This document shows positions 37,374-46,879 of a stretch of DNA of 64,000 nucleotides, in pieces. Both the position numbers and the translations under genes were made by a program. How positions within the stretch are numbered: position 1 is the first letter of the stretch; each line of letters starts with the position of its first letter. The notes under the pieces are model-generated. The model searched no databases. It saw nothing but the letters and a program-made list of their open reading frames with translations, and was not told the origin of the DNA. The DNA comes from Candidatus Nitrosopelagicus sp. (GTDB taxonomy: Archaea; Thermoproteota; Nitrososphaeria; Nitrososphaerales; Nitrosopumilaceae), in NCBI GenBank assembly GCA_028343215.1, contig JAOLYB010000001.1, positions 71,879-135,878 on the forward strand, written 5' to 3'.

Positions 37374-38795
37374 TTATCCTTGTGCTGCAGCAATTACTGC
37401 AGGGATGACTTCCCATAGTGGTAAAGCGCCGTTTTCAATAGCTGCATTTGCAACATCATCAGTACACATGCAATGTACGTTCAATGCTGGATGTGAAATT
37501 GTATTCAATCCTGCTGGTGGAACTGCATCGTGTGGGTTACCTAAGACACCTGCATATGAACCTGCATCGACTGCACCTTGGACTACGCCAAGTGCGGTTG
37601 CGGTTTCATTTACTGGGTCTAATGGAAGACCTGCAACGAAGATAGTTGCTGCACCACTATAGATAGCTGCATAATCATGGTTTACTGCTGCGTAAACGCC
37701 TGGTTCGTCGAATACGATATCAACTATCATATTTTGTGAACCACCGAGTAACCATGTTTCAGTACCTTGTGCTTGAACTCTGTTACCTTGTGTAACTCTA
37801 TCTACAATTTCTCCGACTACGTGCCAGAAGACTGGTTCGTTACCTTGATTTTCAATGAAGATACGAACGTGCTCATCTGTTGGTATGAAGAGTAGTTGTG
37901 ATTGATATTGTTTTAAGTCCATAGAATTCCATGGTTGTGCTAAGAATATGTTCTTGTTTGCATCACCGAACATGAGTAAGTTATGAATTCCGTTTGGAAC
38001 ATAACCAAATGCTTGTCCGTTAACAACAGTTTGAGATGTTGAGTGACTCATCATCTTTCCCATGTCGTAAGTACCAGCGTCAGTTAAGTACAACTGGTTG
38101 TATTGCAATTGGAACTCTAGTGCATCAGCATCATAGAATTGTTTGTCCTTTACAACTTCACCGCCTTGTAGTGCTGTCTTTTCCACCATTAGTCTTTTGT
38201 AACCATCGAGTGGGTCAACAATGGTAATACCATACATACCAGAAAGTACGTGTTGGTCCATTGCTGCTAGGTCAACACCTGAGCAGTGGTATTTGAAAAC
38301 ACCTGGAACTTCTGCAACAAAGCAGTATTCACCGGTTTCACCGATTTTTACTGCACCCATGTAAGGTTTTGATGACATTTGTGATGCATGCATATCATTT
38401 CCGTGTTGAGTTACCTCATCACCTGGAATTGTCAATGTCATGTGTACAACGTCTCCTTGTGTAACTCTTAGTGTTGGTCCTGGGACTTGTCCACTAAAGG
38501 TCATTGCACTGTAGGTACTTCCAGTCATTGTTGGAAGATCAACACTTTCACCAGTTAGGTCAAAGTTGACTACAGGACGACCTGAGTTAAGTAGGTCTCC
38601 ACATGGGCCTGATGCATATGCTTCAGGCATTACTAGTTCTAATCCGCCCATGGCAGCTACTTGTGCAAGTGGAGATGTCTCTACTTCCATTGTAGTACCA
38701 CTGTTTAGTGGAGCAGTGATAGAACTTCCGAATAGTGCGCCTCCCATAACTGCGATTGCAGCTACGGTCATAATAGTACTAATACGTCTATTCAT
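37374..38795 (-). CDS. nirK: Copper-containing nitrite reductase, AOA type
   Basis: PGPTLRVTQGD, HGNDMH, YHC...DQHVLSGMYG (type 1 and type 2 Cu ligands), FWHVVGE catalytic His, VNHDY; N-terminal signal/TM. Confidence 0.9.
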   Translation of the reverse strand: MNRRISTIMTVAAIAVMGGALFGSSITAPLNSGTTMEVETSPLAQVAAMGGLELVMPEAYASGPCGDLLNSGRPVVNFDLTGESVDLPTMTGSTYSAMTFSGQVPGPTLRVTQGDVVHMTLTIPGDEVTQHGNDMHASQMSSKPYMGAVKIGETGEYCFVAEVPGVFKYHCSGVDLAAMDQHVLSGMYGITIVDPLDGYKRLMVEKTALQGGEVVKDKQFYDADALEFQLQYNQLYLTDAGTYDMGKMMSHSTSQTVVNGQAFGYVPNGIHNLLMFGDANKNIFLAQPWNSMDLKQYQSQLLFIPTDEHVRIFIENQGNEPVFWHVVGEIVDRVTQGNRVQAQGTETWLLGGSQNMIVDIVFDEPGVYAAVNHDYAAIYSGAATIFVAGLPLDPVNETATALGVVQGAVDAGSYAGVLGNPHDAVPPAGLNTISHPALNVHCMCTDDVANAAIENGALPLWEVIPAVIAAAQG

Positions 38796-38817
38796 GTTCT
38801 TCGATGCTTGAACTAGA

Positions 38818-38827
38818 TTATATAAAA
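38818..38827 (-). promoter_or_regulatory. TATA box of nirK
   Basis: Minus strand TTTTATATAA, 23-32 nt upstream of the ATG at 38795. Confidence 0.65.
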
Positions 38828-38957
38828 CCTACAGTTTTTTGATGGATATACTACTGATTTTGAGATCTTAGAATCTAGAATTACTAGAAAACATTATTAT
38901 CAATTTAGGCATAGTAGATCGAAAATTCAGTTTTTATTCTTGGATGTTTTAGAGATT

Positions 38958-40322
38958 ATGTTGAAGTATCGATCAGATAAAGATTCTCTGGGTCCAGTAA
39001 AGATTCCAGCCGATGCATATTATGGACCATTTACCGGAAGAGCAATCAAGCAGTACAATGTAACAGGTAATCCATCTCATCGAAATTTGATTAAGTCATT
39101 TGTGATGATAAAACGTTCAGCAGCGGTTGCAAATATGAAGACAAAAGCGATTAACAAAAAACAAGGAACTGCAATCGTTAAGGCTTGTGATAAAATTCTT
39201 TCAGGAAAATATATTGATCAATTTGTAGTGGATATGATAAACTCAGGTGCAGGAACTGCATTCAACATGAATTCTAACGAAGTGATTACAAATGTTGCAT
39301 TGAAAGGTTTAGGTAAAAAGCAAGGACAGTATGAATTTCTTCATCCTAATGATCATGTGAACATGTCACAATCTAGTAATGACACGTATCCTACTGCAAT
39401 GAATATGGCAATACTTTTTTCATTTAATGAACTAATTCCAGTGATTGATAAATTAATTAAATCAATTAGAAAGAAAGCAAAACAATTTTCAAAATATAAA
39501 AAACTTGGACGTACTCATTTAATGGACGCACTTCCAGTAACACTAGGTAGTGAGTTTGACGCATATGATACATCTTTAACAAAAGCTCAACATGCAATGA
39601 TAACATCTATGATGGGATTACAACAAATTGCACTTGGAGGAACAGCAGTAGGAACTGGAGCAAATACACCAAAAGGATATAGAAAAATAGTCATTGCAGA
39701 ATTAAGTAGAGTTTCAAAATTAAAATTAATTCCTCAAAAAAATATGCAACATTCACTTCAAAGTAAATTTTCAGTTGTAAATGCATCATCTGCATTGAAA
39801 AATTTTACAATAGAATTAGGTAAAATTTCAAATGATATCAGATTGATGGCATCAGGACCAATTGCAGGATTAGGAGAACTTGGAATACCGGCAGTTCATG
39901 CTGGTTCATCAATTATGCCAGGAAAAGTAAATCCATCATTAGCAGAATGTATGAATATGATATGTTTTAGTGTAATAGGAAATGATACCACAGTTTCATT
40001 TGCAGCACAAGCAGGTCAGTTTGAACTTAATGTAATGTTGCCAGGAATGTTAAAGGCAGTTCTAGATTCAACAGATATGCTAACAAACTTTTTACCAATA
40101 TTTTCTGCAAACCTTATTGATGGATTAACTGCTAATCAAGCAAAACTTAGAGAAAATATTGAAAATAGCCCAGTAATTGTGACACTACTCACACCAAAAA
40201 TTGGTTATCTAAAGTCTGCAGACTTGTTCAAGGAATCACTCAAGACAGGAAAAACAATAAGAGAATTAGTGGTCTCAAAAAAATTGATGACAAATAAAGA
40301 AGTCAGCTCGTTGTTAGATTAA
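38958..40322 (+). CDS. Class II fumarate hydratase / aspartate ammonia-lyase family
   Basis: GAGTAFNMNSNEV, HPNDHVNMSQSSND, GRTHLMDA, GSSIMPGKVNP; fumC and aspA cannot be separated by eye. Confidence 0.9.
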   Translation: MLKYRSDKDSLGPVKIPADAYYGPFTGRAIKQYNVTGNPSHRNLIKSFVMIKRSAAVANMKTKAINKKQGTAIVKACDKILSGKYIDQFVVDMINSGAGTAFNMNSNEVITNVALKGLGKKQGQYEFLHPNDHVNMSQSSNDTYPTAMNMAILFSFNELIPVIDKLIKSIRKKAKQFSKYKKLGRTHLMDALPVTLGSEFDAYDTSLTKAQHAMITSMMGLQQIALGGTAVGTGANTPKGYRKIVIAELSRVSKLKLIPQKNMQHSLQSKFSVVNASSALKNFTIELGKISNDIRLMASGPIAGLGELGIPAVHAGSSIMPGKVNPSLAECMNMICFSVIGNDTTVSFAAQAGQFELNVMLPGMLKAVLDSTDMLTNFLPIFSANLIDGLTANQAKLRENIENSPVIVTLLTPKIGYLKSADLFKESLKTGKTIRELVVSKKLMTNKEVSSLLD

Positions 40323-40323
40323 G

Positions 40324-41592
40324 ATGGCAAAAATTTGGGTAGAGGCGTATGGTTGCTCTGCTAGTTATTCAGACTCCGAAATGATTTCAGGTTTAATTGT
40401 TAATGGAGGACATACTTTAGCAGAAAATTCAGAGGATTCAGATCTCAATGTTATCGTTACTTGTTCAGTAAAAGACGCCACAGCAGATAAGATGATTCGT
40501 AAAATTATGGATTCTAGTTCAAAACCTCTTGTTGTTGCAGGATGTTTACCAAAAGCAGAAAAAACCAAAGTAGAGAAATTTGCAGAAAATGCAAGTTTAC
40601 TAGGCCCAAATTCAATTGGTAAAACACTACAAGTTATCCAATCTACGCTTGATGGAAAAAAAACTATCGCCTTAGAAGATTCAGATATTTCAAAGGTAGG
40701 ATTACCAAAAATTCGTCTAAATCCAGCAGTAGGAATTGTCGAGATTGCAAGTGGGTGTATGAGTGAATGTACATTTTGCCAGACAAAGATATCAAAAGGA
40801 GATTTGCAAAGTTATAGAGTAGGAGATATCGTAAGACAAGTTAAGACAGAATTATCAGAGGGATGTTGCGAAGTATGGCTTACATCAACAGATAATGGAT
40901 GTTATGGTTTTGATATTAATTCAGATTTACCAGAATTAGTAAATACAGTATCAGAGATTCCAGAGAAATTCTTTATGAGAGTAGGGATGATGAATCCAAT
41001 GTATATGCCAAGAATCCGTGAAGGGTTACTAAAATCATTTGAGAGTAGTAAAGTTTTCAAATTTTTACATGTGCCAGTTCAGAGTGGAAGCGATAAAGTT
41101 CTAAATGATATGAAAAGAGGACATACAGCTAAAACTTTCAGAGATGTTGCACAACAATTCAGAGATAAATTCGGTAAATTTACAATTTCAACAGACATCA
41201 TAGTTGGATTTCCAACTGAAACTGAAGAAGATTTTCAATTGACAATGGAACTATTACAAGAAACAAGACCGGATATAGGTAATTTATCAAGATACAGTCC
41301 AAGACCAGGAACAGATGCGGCCGAAATGAAACAGATTGACATGACAGAAATGAAGAGAAGAAGTAAGTTGGCTTATGAATTAATTTGTAAAATTTCAAAA
41401 GAGAATAATGAAAAATGGATTGGATGGAAAGGAGAAGCAGTTTTTGATGAAGAGTTTAAGGACCAAAAAAGAGGTAGGAACTTTGCATACAAACCAATAT
41501 TTGTAAATGAAGAGCCTAAAATCGGCGACATTAGAACAGTAGAAATTACTGATGCCACAGTTCACAGCCTGATCGGGAAGATAGTCAGATAA
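40324..41592 (+). CDS. tRNA t6A37 methylthiotransferase (archaeal e-MtaB/CDKAL1 type)
   Basis: EAYGC, TCSVK, VAGCLP, GCMSECTFC, RVGMMNP, HVPVQSGS, TDIIVGFPTET; C-terminal TRAM domain. Confidence 0.9.
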   Translation: MAKIWVEAYGCSASYSDSEMISGLIVNGGHTLAENSEDSDLNVIVTCSVKDATADKMIRKIMDSSSKPLVVAGCLPKAEKTKVEKFAENASLLGPNSIGKTLQVIQSTLDGKKTIALEDSDISKVGLPKIRLNPAVGIVEIASGCMSECTFCQTKISKGDLQSYRVGDIVRQVKTELSEGCCEVWLTSTDNGCYGFDINSDLPELVNTVSEIPEKFFMRVGMMNPMYMPRIREGLLKSFESSKVFKFLHVPVQSGSDKVLNDMKRGHTAKTFRDVAQQFRDKFGKFTISTDIIVGFPTETEEDFQLTMELLQETRPDIGNLSRYSPRPGTDAAEMKQIDMTEMKRRSKLAYELICKISKENNEKWIGWKGEAVFDEEFKDQKRGRNFAYKPIFVNEEPKIGDIRTVEITDATVHSLIGKIVR

Positions 41593-41669
41593 AGGACTCA
41601 AGAATTTTAGATCGGAATTATAATCAAAACTAAGTAAAGAGTTTTTTATCAGAAATTGCGATACTGTAC

Positions 41670-42614
41670 ATGACTTTTGAAGTTAAAGAGCCAGTACTAG
41701 TAATAGGACTAGGAGGAGCAGGCATAAAATTAGCCTCAGAAATGAGAGAAGTTTTAGGCGCAGATTCATTAAAAATTAGTCAAGATAAAAAAGACGTTTC
41801 AGAACATAATTCAATCCATATTTCCACAAAATCAATCATCAATCCATCAGTTCAATTGATTAGAGGTTGTGCTATGGAACAAAGTGAAAAAATTGCCGAA
41901 CATATGAGCACATATGAGACGGTCATAATTATGGCAAATCTTGCAGGAAAATCAGGAGCAGCATTAGCTCCGGTAGTATCCTCAATTTGTAAGGAACAAA
42001 ACAAAAATGTTCTATCATTTGCAATAATGCCATTCAAATTTGAGAAAAATAGAATTTTCCAATCTGGAATCTCATTGAAGAGATTAAAAATGAATTCAGA
42101 TTCAACAATAATTATCGATAATGATGCAATATTGGACAGTAATCCAGACTTTACTACAGAAAGATGTTATGATGTAACAAATAATGCAATCAAATGTCTT
42201 GCAACATCAATCAAATCATCATCATTAACAGACGATACAAATATCATGTCAACATCACGTAGTACTGAAAATATTGAAGATTCGGTAAAAAATTCAATCA
42301 AAATGTTATACGAAGATGCACCACCAAACAGCATCAAACGTTCAATGCTGTATGTTTATGGAGCAGATAAAATTCCAGTAGGAGTAATCAATTCAATTTC
42401 AAACATACTAGGAGGTATTTTTGATGAAGAAAATTCTCAAGTGGACATGTCAACATCAGGTAACACAAATGTTGTACTCTTAAGTGCAATTGCTGGTGAA
42501 ACACGCTTTGATAAATATGATCCATTAGGAACGATTTCAAAAGATAAAACATTAGACTGGGACGAACCAGAAACCAGTTTTAATTGTGAATTAGATTTAC
42601 CACAAATAGAGTAA
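41670..42614 (+). CDS. ftsZ: Divergent FtsZ/tubulin-family protein
   Basis: VIGLGGAG, AIMPFKFE, IIIDND; tubulin signature degenerate (NLAGKSGAA). Confidence 0.8.
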   Translation: MTFEVKEPVLVIGLGGAGIKLASEMREVLGADSLKISQDKKDVSEHNSIHISTKSIINPSVQLIRGCAMEQSEKIAEHMSTYETVIIMANLAGKSGAALAPVVSSICKEQNKNVLSFAIMPFKFEKNRIFQSGISLKRLKMNSDSTIIIDNDAILDSNPDFTTERCYDVTNNAIKCLATSIKSSSLTDDTNIMSTSRSTENIEDSVKNSIKMLYEDAPPNSIKRSMLYVYGADKIPVGVINSISNILGGIFDEENSQVDMSTSGNTNVVLLSAIAGETRFDKYDPLGTISKDKTLDWDEPETSFNCELDLPQIE

Positions 42615-42620
42615 TAATTT

Positions 42621-43181
42621 TTATTCTTTAGATTTTGGTTTTGCTTCTTTAGGAGCTGGCTTTTCTGTTTTTGGTTTTGCTTCTTTAGGAGCTGGCTTTT
42701 CTGTTTTTGGTTTTGCTTCTTTAGGAGCTGGCTTTTCTGTTTTTGGTTTTGCTTCTTTAGGAGCTGGCTTTTCTGTTTTTGGTTTTGCTTCTTTAGGAGC
42801 TGATTGTTCTTCTTTGAGAGTTTCTTCTGTTACTTCAATTGCATCTGGATCATCTGTTTGAGGTTCAACTTTTTGTTTAATCTCAGGAGATTTTTTTGAA
42901 TCTGTTTCATCAGATTCTGTACCCTCTTCATAATTAGTAACTAAAATGTAACCATCATCTGTTTTTGTCATTTTGACACGGATTTTACGTGGAGGACTTC
43001 TAACACCTCTAGACCAAATCAATTGAGCAAGTTCTTCGTCAATCTTGATTTCTTGAGTTTTCATGTGTTTACGACCAAATTCACGGATCATGTTAATTGC
43101 TCTAACTGCACGATGTTGACTTTGAGAAAGGAGCACTTTACCTAGAGGAATTGTATATACACGTTCAAGTTCTTGAGACAA
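42621..43181 (-). CDS. rpl31e: 50S ribosomal protein L31e with long C-terminal extension
   Basis: ERVYTIPL, RAVRAI, HMK, IWSRG, PPRKIRVK; then acidic and KEAKPKTEKPAP repeat tail. Confidence 0.93.
   Translation of the reverse strand: MSQELERVYTIPLGKVLLSQSQHRAVRAINMIREFGRKHMKTQEIKIDEELAQLIWSRGVRSPPRKIRVKMTKTDDGYILVTNYEEGTESDETDSKKSPEIKQKVEPQTDDPDAIEVTEETLKEEQSAPKEAKPKTEKPAPKEAKPKTEKPAPKEAKPKTEKPAPKEAKPKTEKPAPKEAKPKSKE
42633..42802. repeat. Perfect 36-bp coding tandem repeat, about 4.7 copies
   Basis: Unit ttttggttttgcttctttaggagctggcttttctgt. Confidence 0.97.
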
Positions 43182-43340
43182 CTATCCAACCTCCACATCA
43201 GTACTACGCCATTGTCTAGCCTTCGGATTTGTTCTAACAGAACGTTTAGTCTTTAGAATAACCCATGCTGGAACGGCGGATGCTTGTTTTGTTTTCTTAA
43301 TTAATCTGATTTTCCTTGCAGATGTCTTTCTAGCTCCCAT
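43182..43340 (-). CDS. rpl39e: 50S ribosomal protein L39e (missed by ORF track)
   Basis: Hand translation MGARKTSARKIRLIKKTKQASAVPAWVILKTKRSVRTNPKARQWRSTDVEVG; abuts rpl31e. Confidence 0.95.
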   Translation of the reverse strand: MGARKTSARKIRLIKKTKQASAVPAWVILKTKRSVRTNPKARQWRSTDVEVG

Positions 43341-43388
43341 GAAGTTTCAAACAGATTTTCCTCTTTTTAAATCAAGCGTGATTTTACT

Positions 43389-45890
43389 CTATAAAACAAA
43401 GTATTCTGCTTCAGGATGATGGACAACTATTGCAGCAGTTGATTGTTCAGGAATAATTTGTCCAGATTCTGTTAATTCCATACCAGATTTTTCTCCATGA
43501 ATTAATTTCCATACAAGATGCTGTTGAGTCGTATCAGGACAGCTTGGATATCCCCAACTATATCTTAAGCCACCTTTTTCAGACAATCCAAGCTCATTTC
43601 TAATTTTATGATTAATCCATTCTGCCATTGCTTCCGCTGTTTCAACAGCAAGACCATGTAGGTAGTATGCATCAGTGTACTTGTCTTCCTTATCCCATTT
43701 TTCAATTAATTCAGCAGCTTTTGTGCCAACAGTTACTGACTGAAATGCAACAACATCATTTTCACCAAAATAATCTGTCAGACACAAATGTTTTGTTTTT
43801 GATGAACGAGGGAAGTCAAAAATTATATCTTGACCATCAGGACCATCTACAACTAATTTATCATCACGGTTATGACATGAAAAATATCCGTAAACAGCTT
43901 GTGGTTCGAAGAGATTATCATCTATCACACGTTTTTTCCATTCTTCAAGAAGTTTTTCAGGATCATCAATCGTATCAGTTTTTGAATTTCCTCTAATACC
44001 CCAAGAAAGTTTGAAGAGTGAATTTTTGTTAAGATGATTCCAGATTTCATCTAGATCAAAATCTTCAGATTTCAATCTAATGACATCATTAATTTTTGGA
44101 GGGGTTGGTGGAGATACAGGTTTGATACCACTATGAGGAAGATCCTTAGAATCAACTTGTGTTACCTTACTTTCTTCCCAGTTTGATATCTTTTCTTTCC
44201 AATTATCAACAAATGTATCCTTTTCTTCAGAGACTAGCTTGTCCATTGTTTTGAGTCCATCAAACATGGTTCCACAATAAAATATTCCAGGCTCATAAAG
44301 TCCATCTTGTTTTGCAATACGGTTAATGTAATTACTGTTTATTGCAGCGCCACCACATAGTATTGGAATATTAACATCAGTTTTTCTTGCATGTTCAACA
44401 AAAAATTGCATTTGTTTTGATGTGGATACCAATAATGCTGAAAGGCCTACAGCGTCAGGTTTTACTTCATTAATTTTTTCTACAAATTTTTGCAAAGGTA
44501 CTTGTTTACCTAAATCATGTACAGTGTAGCCATTATTTTCGAAGATAGTTTTTACCAAATTTTTTCCAATATCATGAACGTCACCGTAAACAGTTCCTAA
44601 AACTAGAATACCTTTGCTAGTTCCCTCTTCTTTTAGTAAGTATTTTTCTAATTCCTTAACTGCAGCCTTCATACATTCTGCAGATTTTAGTACAAATGGA
44701 AGAATTAATTCACCGGCACCGAATTTGTCACCAACAATTTTCATTGCAGGTAAAAGATCATCATTTAATGTTTCAATAGCACCTTGATGAGTGATTTCTT
44801 TACTAGCATTAATTGATAAAATTCCATCATTGTCAACAAGTAGATCTTTATCAGATAATTTTTCAGCGATAGCAGAAACCACATCATTTTGAATTCCATC
44901 TTTAAGACGATTAATTATTCTAAAATTTGAACGCTTGCCAGCAGGCCATAATGGATCAACATCAATTTTCTTCTTTTGTGCAGTAGAATCTTGACTGATA
45001 CTTTCAAAATGAGATATTAAATCAGATAATGCATTTGAATGTGTATTAAAAATTAAATCCTCTACAAGTTTTCTTTCTTTTTCATCAATTTCAGTATACG
45101 GTGTTATTTCTCGTGCATTAACAATTGCACTATCTAGACCTGCTTGAACTGCATGATATAGAAATACAGAGTTCAAAACACGTCGTGTTTGTGGAGCTAA
45201 ACCAAAACTAATGTTACTCAAACCAAGAGTTGTGAATGAATTTGGAAATCTTTCTTTAACAAGTTTAATTCCTTCCAGAGTATTTTTTCCAGCATCAAGA
45301 AATTCATCTTCACCAGTTGCAAGTGTAAAGGTTAGAACATCGAAGATGAATTGGTCTGGACGTAGACCATATTTTTTTCCAGATTTGTATAATAGTTCTG
45401 CAGTTTCAACCTTTTGAGATGGTGTTTTTGCCATTCCTTCAGGTCCAATACATAATGCAATTGCAGGAATTCCATATTTTGCCATCAACGGTGCTAATGC
45501 TTTGAATCGACTCCCATCACCTTCCAAATTAATTGAATTGATGATCGGTTTACCTGGAATTTGTTCAATAGCAGATTCAATTACTTCAGGATCTGTTGAA
45601 TCAATTACAAGAGGTGCATCTATTTCTAAACTCAAACTTTTGACTAGTTTCAAAATGAATGCTTTTTCATCTGAGCGTTCAGTTGTTGCCACACAGACAT
45701 CAATGCAATGAGCACCATCTTCAACTTGATTTCTTGCAAGATCAACTAACCCATCAAAATCATCATTTAGAACGAGCTGCTTTGCTTTTTTTGAACCCTG
45801 TGTGTTCAATCGCTCTCCTATGATAAGAGGTCCTACCTCCTGTTTAAGATCAACCGATTTTATCGATGAGCTTACTCTAGGCTTTAACAT
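43389..45890 (-). CDS. metH: B12-dependent methionine synthase: pterin-binding, cobalamin-binding and reactivation domains
   Basis: IIGERLNTQGSKK, IDST, INSINLE, GLSNISFG, GDVHDIGKN (DxHxxG), RYSWGYPSCPD, PEQST. Confidence 0.93.
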   Translation of the reverse strand: MLKPRVSSSIKSVDLKQEVGPLIIGERLNTQGSKKAKQLVLNDDFDGLVDLARNQVEDGAHCIDVCVATTERSDEKAFILKLVKSLSLEIDAPLVIDSTDPEVIESAIEQIPGKPIINSINLEGDGSRFKALAPLMAKYGIPAIALCIGPEGMAKTPSQKVETAELLYKSGKKYGLRPDQFIFDVLTFTLATGEDEFLDAGKNTLEGIKLVKERFPNSFTTLGLSNISFGLAPQTRRVLNSVFLYHAVQAGLDSAIVNAREITPYTEIDEKERKLVEDLIFNTHSNALSDLISHFESISQDSTAQKKKIDVDPLWPAGKRSNFRIINRLKDGIQNDVVSAIAEKLSDKDLLVDNDGILSINASKEITHQGAIETLNDDLLPAMKIVGDKFGAGELILPFVLKSAECMKAAVKELEKYLLKEEGTSKGILVLGTVYGDVHDIGKNLVKTIFENNGYTVHDLGKQVPLQKFVEKINEVKPDAVGLSALLVSTSKQMQFFVEHARKTDVNIPILCGGAAINSNYINRIAKQDGLYEPGIFYCGTMFDGLKTMDKLVSEEKDTFVDNWKEKISNWEESKVTQVDSKDLPHSGIKPVSPPTPPKINDVIRLKSEDFDLDEIWNHLNKNSLFKLSWGIRGNSKTDTIDDPEKLLEEWKKRVIDDNLFEPQAVYGYFSCHNRDDKLVVDGPDGQDIIFDFPRSSKTKHLCLTDYFGENDVVAFQSVTVGTKAAELIEKWDKEDKYTDAYYLHGLAVETAEAMAEWINHKIRNELGLSEKGGLRYSWGYPSCPDTTQQHLVWKLIHGEKSGMELTESGQIIPEQSTAAIVVHHPEAEYFVL

Positions 45891-45928
45891 GTATATTTTT
45901 AAAATAAATTTTGTAAATACTTATCTCA

Positions 45929-46879
45929 TCAATCTTTCTTTTGCTGGTCAATAATTTTTCTTAATTGTGTAATATGCTCAGGATTTGTTCCACAGCAACC
46001 ACCAATTATGTTAATTTGTGGATATTCTTCAATGAATGAACTAAGTGCAGATGCCATTTTTTCAGGTGTCATTTTGTATACCGCCTGACCACCAACATTT
46101 TCAGGCATTCCAGCATTTGGAACTATCAGTAATGGTTTATGCTTTTGATCATTTAACCACTGTATACTTGGTTCCATCTCAATTGGACCAGTAGAACAAT
46201 TTAGACCAAAAATATCAATCCCCATATCAGAGACGGTGGTGTATGCAGATTGGACATTTGTTCCTAACAGCATTTTTCCATATTGATCCAAAGTTACATT
46301 TGAAATTAATGTAACTTTCCTTCCAAGTTTTTCCATTGCCGAATGAGATGCCTCAACAGCCAATTTCACTTCAAGAATATCTTGACTAGTTTCGATCAGT
46401 AATGCATCTACAGTTCCTTTGATTAATCCCTCAGCTTGTAATTCAAAAGCTTCTCTTATTTGAGATAAAGGCATCTGACCAAGATCAGCATCATTAGAAC
46501 TAGGAAGATAACCAGTAGGTCCCATAGAACCAACAACAAATCTTTGTCTATCAGTAAATTCATCACAAACACTTCTTGCTAGTTCTGCATTTTTTTCATT
46601 TAACTCAACGGTTTGTGCACCAAAACCATATTCATCAAGTTTAATTTTGTTTGAACCGAAAGTGTTAGTTTCAATACAATCTGCACCTGCAGTAAGATAC
46701 TTTCTATGAATTTCTTTTATCCAATCAGGTTTGGTTGTAGATAACCCATCATTGAATCCATCTTTTCCATCTGGAAAATCTTCAGATTTTGGGTCATATC
46801 TTTGAATTTCTGTTCCCATTGCACCATCAAAAAGAAGAATTCTATTTTCTAATGCATCAGCAAATGTTTCTTTATTCAA
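45929..46879 (-). CDS. Methionine synthase homocysteine-binding domain as a separate polypeptide
   Basis: FDGAMGT, ETNTFG, GSMGPTG, GLNCSTGP, PNAG, GGCCGT Zn ligands. Confidence 0.93.
   Translation of the reverse strand: MNKETFADALENRILLFDGAMGTEIQRYDPKSEDFPDGKDGFNDGLSTTKPDWIKEIHRKYLTAGADCIETNTFGSNKIKLDEYGFGAQTVELNEKNAELARSVCDEFTDRQRFVVGSMGPTGYLPSSNDADLGQMPLSQIREAFELQAEGLIKGTVDALLIETSQDILEVKLAVEASHSAMEKLGRKVTLISNVTLDQYGKMLLGTNVQSAYTTVSDMGIDIFGLNCSTGPIEMEPSIQWLNDQKHKPLLIVPNAGMPENVGGQAVYKMTPEKMASALSSFIEEYPQINIIGGCCGTNPEHITQLRKIIDQQKKD

Noticed and set aside
37374-38795. Visibly higher GC and different codon usage of nirK as a sign of horizontal transfer
   Set aside because: The preference for TTC/TAC/AAC/GGT-type codons fits high expression; there are no flanking repeats or mobility genes, and promoter and terminator look native.
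42633-42802. 36-bp repeats as a CRISPR array
   Set aside because: The units are head-to-tail with no spacers, in frame inside rpl31e, and there are no cas genes.
45891-45928. metH broken by frameshift (pseudogene)
   Set aside because: Both parts are intact with their own start and stop, and the break falls at a domain boundary.
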